Positions 62,910-64,000 of a stretch of DNA of 64,000 bases are shown here, in pieces. The notes beneath the pieces were generated by a model. It saw only the letters and a list, made by a program, of their open reading frames with translations. It searched no databases and was not told where the DNA came from. This stretch comes from a virus. The DNA is taken from IMG/VR virus record IMGVR_UViG_2878656381_000006; one strand, 5' to 3'. Positions within the stretch are counted from its first letter, which is position 1. Each line of letters begins with the position of its first letter. The position numbers and the translations under genes were made by a program.

Positions 62910-64000
62910 ATGGCGATTTTACCTGAAAAACTGCTAGAGATTTCACAGCTTGCACAAGCAGCAGGACATGGCAAAAAAGGTGAAATCTATGCGCAAGCTT
63001 GTGAACAGTTGAATATCAGTTATGCAACATTAATGCGTGAATTAAAACAATTTAGTCAGCCAAAACGCAAACAACGTGCAGATAAAGGCAATGTGAACTT
63101 GAGTTTGGACGAGGCAAAAATTATTTCGGCTTACTGGTTAGCCTGCCGTCGTGGTGTGAATAACAAAGTCATGTCCAGTCTTGCCAGCGTGCTTGATGTA
63201 TTACGTGCAAACAATGAAATCAAAGCAGAATACATTGACGAAAGCACAGGTGAAATACGCTTACTTTCAGAAAGTGCGGTCAGTCGGGCATTACGTACTT
63301 ATAACCTACATCCTGAACAGCTATCTCGCCCTGCGCCAGTTAACAGTATGAAAAGCTTACATCCAAACCACTGTTGGCAAATCGACCCCTCTTTGTGTGT
63401 GTTGTATTACCTCAAAGAGCAAACAGACGGCGGAAATGGCTTAAACATTATGGAAGAAAAAGAGTTCTATAAGAACAAACCCGCTAACGTGAAGAAAGTC
63501 GAAAATCAACGTGTTTGGCGCTATGTCATCACCGACCATACCTCTGGTGTGATTTATGTCGAATATGTGTATGGCGGTGAAAGTGCAGAAAACCTTTGTA
63601 ATTGCTTCATCAACGCGATGCAAAAACGTGGTAACAACAATCCATTTTGTGGCGTACCAAAAATGGTGATGTTAGACCCCGGCTCTGCGAATACATCAGC
63701 CATGTTTCGTCACTTATGCGACCAACTTGGCATTCATCTTCAAGTTAATGCACCAGGTAAGCCGCGCGCGAAAGGACAAGTTGAGAAGAGCAACGATATT
63801 GTAGAACGCCAATTTGAGAGTGGGTTGCGTTTTATGCGAGTTACTGGGTTGGACAACTTAAATCAACTGGCTGGCAAATGGATGACCTATTTTAACAGTA
63901 CTGCAGTTCATTCACGCACGAGAAAAACACGTTACATGAGCTGGCTTTCTATTACTAAAGAGCAACTTGTACTGGCACCAAGCATTGAAATCTGTCGCGA
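62910..64000 (+). CDS. B3-type DDE transposase (runs off the window edge)
   Basis: Manual translation from MAILPEKLL...: HPNHCWQIDPS, LDPGSAN, PRAKGQVE. Confidence 0.9.
   Translation, partial: MAILPEKLLEISQLAQAAGHGKKGEIYAQACEQLNISYATLMRELKQFSQPKRKQRADKGNVNLSLDEAKIISAYWLACRRGVNNKVMSSLASVLDVLRANNEIKAEYIDESTGEIRLLSESAVSRALRTYNLHPEQLSRPAPVNSMKSLHPNHCWQIDPSLCVLYYLKEQTDGGNGLNIMEEKEFYKNKPANVKKVENQRVWRYVITDHTSGVIYVEYVYGGESAENLCNCFINAMQKRGNNNPFCGVPKMVMLDPGSANTSAMFRHLCDQLGIHLQVNAPGKPRAKGQVEKSNDIVERQFESGLRFMRVTGLDNLNQLAGKWMTYFNSTAVHSRTRKTRYMSWLSITKEQLVLAPSIEICR

Larger units (their letters stand above)
32814..64000. mobile_element. Transposable prophage 2 (B3/BcepMu-like organisation, siphovirus-type tail); continues beyond the window
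   Basis: Starts TG at 32814 inside pfhB; late genes on minus strand, central repressor, divergent early genes including a DDE transposase. Confidence 0.93.

Noticed and set aside
1634..63280. Scattered AAGTGCGGT/ACCGCACTT copies, including some in the prophages
   Set aside because: Ordinary Pasteurellaceae uptake sequences.
1..64000. tRNA, rRNA, CRISPR array, reverse transcriptase/DGR, invertase
   Set aside because: No such signatures were recognised by eye. Most remaining short ORFs in the track are antisense shadows of real genes.

Overview
Pasteurellaceae chromosome, most likely Pasteurella multocida (inferred from the pfhB-era-rnc-lepB-lepA-grcA-ung synteny and AAGTGCGGT uptake sequences). 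The window holds two different transposable prophages, each interrupting a host gene. (1) 1-15031: left half of a Mu/FluMu-like prophage (repressor, ner, A, B, semi-essential region, Mor/C, lysis, terminase). Its end lies inside rlmC, and three of its early genes look broken. (2) 15032-32813: core block (rlmC 3' part, pfkA, fieF, yaaA, ung, grcA, lepA, lepB, rnc, era) plus a decapitated pfhB-type filamentous haemagglutinin with a YopT-like protease domain. (3) 32814-64000: B3/BcepMu-organised prophage with a siphovirus-type tail, inserted in the pfhB secretion domain. The two most interesting signals are in prophage 2. One is an apparently independent ~80-nt kissing-loop sRNA (near-consensus sigma70 promoter, terminator) converging on the stop codon of a MuF protein that has a C-terminal nuclease-like extension. 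The other is a 12-residue G-N-N-N-x-Q motif shared by the repressor C-terminus and the N-terminus of the next membrane protein, the layout of amyloid-signalling pairs. All family assignments come from motif recognition, not database searches.
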